Below the pieces are notes generated by a model. That model ran no database searches. It saw nothing but the letters and a program-made list of their open reading frames with translations, and was not told the origin of the DNA. A stretch of 26,306 nucleotides of DNA from contig JARVGK010000041.1 in NCBI GenBank assembly GCA_029762535.1, positions 1 to 26,306 on the forward strand, read 5' to 3'. This document shows positions 23,779 to 26,306 of the stretch, piece by piece. The position numbers and the translations under genes are program-made. The number at the start of each line of letters is the position of its first letter. Position 1 is the stretch's first letter. This DNA is from Thermoplasmatota archaeon. GTDB taxonomy: Archaea; Thermoplasmatota; Penumbrarchaeia; Penumbrarchaeales; Penumbrarchaeaceae.

Positions 23779-24603
23779 TCATCTATCCTTCATAGCTCTG
23801 ACCTGTATGCTTTTAACCGATCTCAGCACATCTCCCAGTTCTTCTCGGTCCAAACCCGTTTCCTCAATGATCGAACAAAGGGTAACATCATCTGTCAAGC
23901 ACTCGAGGGGAAACTCGGTTTCTTTGTCGATCGAAATACCGGAAAAACCAGAAGACTCCAATCTGCGAAGATATTCATTGATGGGATCGGCCCCGGATAC
24001 GCAGGCGATATGACCCGTGATCGAACTCCTCAACACATCCGGTAAGCTCGCTACAACTACAATGTCGGATACCATCATCCTTCCGCCGGGTCTCAACACC
24101 CTGAACGCCTCCGCGAAGACCTTGTCCTTTTCCGGAGAGAGGTTGATCACGCAGTTGGATATGATCACATCAACGGAGTCATCCTCAACTGGCAGAGATT
24201 CGATCTCACCCAACCTGAACTCAATATTCTTCATACCCGACTTCCCGGCATTGTTCGTCGCTTTCGCTATCATCTCCGGTGTCATGTCCACACCGATGAC
24301 ATGACCTCTCTCGCCTACTGCTCTGGCGGCCAGGAAACAATCGAACCCTGCTCCGGAGCCAAGGTCCAACACGAGCTCGCCGGGTTGGAGCGAGGCAATG
24401 GCGACAGGATTGCCACAACCTAGTCCAAGGTTCGCACCCTCAGGAACGGAATCCAGATCCGTATCGGTGTAGCCCAGAGATGAGCTAAGCTCCCTAGGGT
24501 CTAGACCGCCGCAACAAGTGTTCGATGTGAAATGTGTTGATTGCCCTTTGGCTATGTTCCCGTATCCTTTCTTAACCCTCTTTTTCAGCTCCGATTCTTG
24601 CAT
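23779..24603 (-). CDS. arsM: Arsenite S-adenosylmethionine methyltransferase
   Basis: N-terminal CC, ANLGLGCGNP, VLDLGSGAGFDCF, GVDMTPEM, ISNCVINL, IACVSGA: the As-binding Cys set typical of ArsM. Confidence 0.93.
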   Translation of the reverse strand: MQESELKKRVKKGYGNIAKGQSTHFTSNTCCGGLDPRELSSSLGYTDTDLDSVPEGANLGLGCGNPVAIASLQPGELVLDLGSGAGFDCFLAARAVGERGHVIGVDMTPEMIAKATNNAGKSGMKNIEFRLGEIESLPVEDDSVDVIISNCVINLSPEKDKVFAEAFRVLRPGGRMMVSDIVVVASLPDVLRSSITGHIACVSGADPINEYLRRLESSGFSGISIDKETEFPLECLTDDVTLCSIIEETGLDREELGDVLRSVKSIQVRAMKDR

Positions 24604-24606
24604 GAT

Positions 24607-24849
24607 CTATTCCCCCTTCAACGAATCCAGCATCGGATCGAGCATACTTCTCACGATTTCCTTTGATCTGTCCGCTTTCATCAGGGTTATGCAACAGATA
24701 TGTTCCTCCTCCTTGCAGCTTATGACAAGCAGCTTGTCCCCGTCCTGTATTCCGGCCTTGACCCGGAGTTCCTTGGGCAGAACGATCTGTCCCTTCGAAT
24801 CCACCGTTACAACGGCCTCCAGACTGCAACTGTTCTTATCTTCAGTCAT
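24607..24849 (-). CDS. AbrB/MazE/SpoVT-fold protein with vicinal Cys, resembling the family annotated as HgcAB-associated protein
   Basis: VVTVDSKGQIVLPKELRVKAGIQDGDKL (AbrB swapped hairpin) followed by ISCKEEEHICCITLMKA. Confidence 0.8.
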   Translation of the reverse strand: MTEDKNSCSLEAVVTVDSKGQIVLPKELRVKAGIQDGDKLLVISCKEEEHICCITLMKADRSKEIVRSMLDPMLDSLKGE

Positions 24850-24877
24850 ACTGAGGAGGAAGATATCCCGACATTAA

Positions 24878-24916
24878 ATACTTTCTTATATTTCTGAATA
24901 GTAAGATTATTAGTAT
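24878..24916. promoter_or_regulatory. Imperfect inverted repeat over the abrB-like/arsM promoter (candidate operator)
   Basis: ATACT.TCTTA.TATT-TCTG-AATA.TAAGA..AGTAT, 29-67 nt upstream of ATG 24849. Confidence 0.4.
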
Positions 24917-25019
24917 GTGTTGGATTATTCAAACAGGCGTTATCTGTATTATTTGCACATTTGTGAATGAGCCGGAAATCAATAAATAACCATTACAAAG
25001 CTATGGAATAACCGTTGAT

Positions 25020-25463
25020 ATGAAAATACTGGTTGCGGAAGATGACCCGGTCTCAAGGCATATGCTTGAGAAGACGATCATATATTGGGGTCACGAGGTC
25101 AAGGCCGCTGGGGATGGGGCCATGGCGTGGATGCTCCTGAGCATAAACAAACCCCCGGATATTGCCATACTCGACTGGGATATGCCCAAGATAGAGGGCA
25201 TCGACCTGTGCGAGAAGATAAGAAGGGATCCTGAAATATCGAATATTTATCTGATCATGCTAACGGCCAAGGACAGCAAAGATGACATGATCAGGGGTTA
25301 CAAACATGGAGTTGACGATTATATATCCAAACCCGTTTCAGCCGATGAGCTCCGATCGGGTCTGGATAGAGCTGTCGAAGTCGTGAACATGGGCATCAAG
25401 ATCGATAAGAGAAGAGAGCTAAGGTTCCAGAACATGAAAAGGTTCATGGAACATGATGATTGA
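25020..25463 (+). CDS. Stand-alone response regulator receiver protein
   Basis: ILVAEDD, ILDWDMP, IMLTA, ISKP; only a short helical tail after the REC domain. Confidence 0.92.
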   Translation: MKILVAEDDPVSRHMLEKTIIYWGHEVKAAGDGAMAWMLLSINKPPDIAILDWDMPKIEGIDLCEKIRRDPEISNIYLIMLTAKDSKDDMIRGYKHGVDDYISKPVSADELRSGLDRAVEVVNMGIKIDKRRELRFQNMKRFMEHDD

Positions 25464-26306
25464 TCAATGATCCGTTCTTTTTTCCATGATCACTCTCATT
25501 ATCTCTCCGAACATCTCCTCGAAGTTCAGAGGCTTGGACACGTATCCATCCATACCAGCGTTGAGGCAGTTCTCCTTGTCCCCCTGCATGGCATGCGCGG
25601 TCATGGCGATTATGGGTATGGAATGCTCCCTAACGCTCGAGGAGGGATCCCTTATGCGGGCGGTGGCCTCGATCCCGTCCATAACAGGCATCTGCACGTC
25701 CATCAACACCAGGTCGAAGTCCTCCCTGGAGAGTATCTCCACGGCCTCCTCGCCGTTGTTGGCCACCTCCACGACATGGGACCTTTTCCTCAGAAGCGAT
25801 ACGGCCAGCTTCTGGTTTATCGGATGGTCCTCGACAAGGAGTATCCTGTAGCTCTCATCCATTGTGGGTCCATCGCTCTTTTTGTCCTTGCATGACCTGC
25901 GGTACAAGTATCCCAGCACGTTTAGGAGGTCAAGGTAATTGATAGGCTTGTTCAGCGTCGCGCTTATGAAGAGCTCCTCCCTGAGGTCCTTTCCCGGATA
26001 TCCTGTGATGGAGGATAGGACCACGACCGGTATTTTCCTCCCCGCCTCATCCGCCCTCAGCTTGCGGATCAGGGACAAACCGTCCATTTCGGGCATCTGC
26101 TGATCGACCAGGAGAAGATCGTATAGGCAGTTCTCCCCTTCTCCCAATTTATTAAGGGCGTCCGCAGCGCTGTTGGCGAGGTCGAAAGCGATCCCCCACC
26201 TTCCTATCATGTCCCCGATTATCCTGAGATTGATCGGGTCGTCGTCCACGACAAGAGCCCTCAACCCTGAGAAATCCGACCCCGAACCTGACCTGTCGCC
26301 ATCATC
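25464..26306 (-). CDS. C-terminal part of a signalling protein with two tandem receiver domains, probably a hybrid histidine kinase (N-terminus beyond the window)
   Basis: Frame stays open to the window edge (DDGDRSGSGSDFSGLRALVVDD); REC1 LLVDQQMP..LNKP; REC2 LLVEDHPINQ..LMDVQMPVMDG..AMTAHAM..SKP. Confidence 0.88.
   Translation of the reverse strand, partial: DDGDRSGSGSDFSGLRALVVDDDPINLRIIGDMIGRWGIAFDLANSAADALNKLGEGENCLYDLLLVDQQMPEMDGLSLIRKLRADEAGRKIPVVVLSSITGYPGKDLREELFISATLNKPINYLDLLNVLGYLYRRSCKDKKSDGPTMDESYRILLVEDHPINQKLAVSLLRKRSHVVEVANNGEEAVEILSREDFDLVLMDVQMPVMDGIEATARIRDPSSSVREHSIPIIAMTAHAMQGDKENCLNAGMDGYVSKPLNFEEMFGEIMRVIMEKRTDH

Noticed and set aside
23754-23784. Three GGTTCAT units at about 9-bp spacing at the arsM stop
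   Set aside because: Too short for CRISPR or a meaningful repeat; likely slippage.
23593-26306. Integrated island at tRNA-Gly
   Set aside because: Accessory-looking genes follow the tRNA, but I found no integrase or duplicated tRNA 3' end within the window; cannot be called.

Overview
Gene-dense, roughly 50% GC archaeal chromosome segment. The L7Ae-S28e-L24e-ndk operon, TFS, Trm1, a TBP-fold protein, DRG GTPase and BRE/TATA promoters identify it as archaeal; a Thermoplasmatota-like origin is only my inference from the many Zn-ribbon/TM surface proteins and the STAND-TPR protein. It holds about 29 CDS (two truncated by the window edges) and two tRNAs (Ser-CGA, Gly-UCC). No CRISPR array, rRNA, transposase or integrase is visible. 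Most notable observations: a strongly degenerate TBP paralog with an acidified DNA-binding saddle, clustered with two micro Zn-finger genes and a TatD-like hydrolase; a wHTH protein ending in a proteasome-type HbYX motif; direct and inverted copies of the tRNA-Ser 3' end around a 10-bp hairpin; a long structured leader on the B12-dependent RNR; an L7Ae k-turn leader heading an operon that ends in two membrane-anchored PPIases; an integrin-alpha-like surface protein with a cytoplasmic Zn ribbon; and a Cys-Cys AbrB-fold protein paired with arsM without ArsR or hgcAB nearby. All family calls come from reading motifs by eye, not from database searches.
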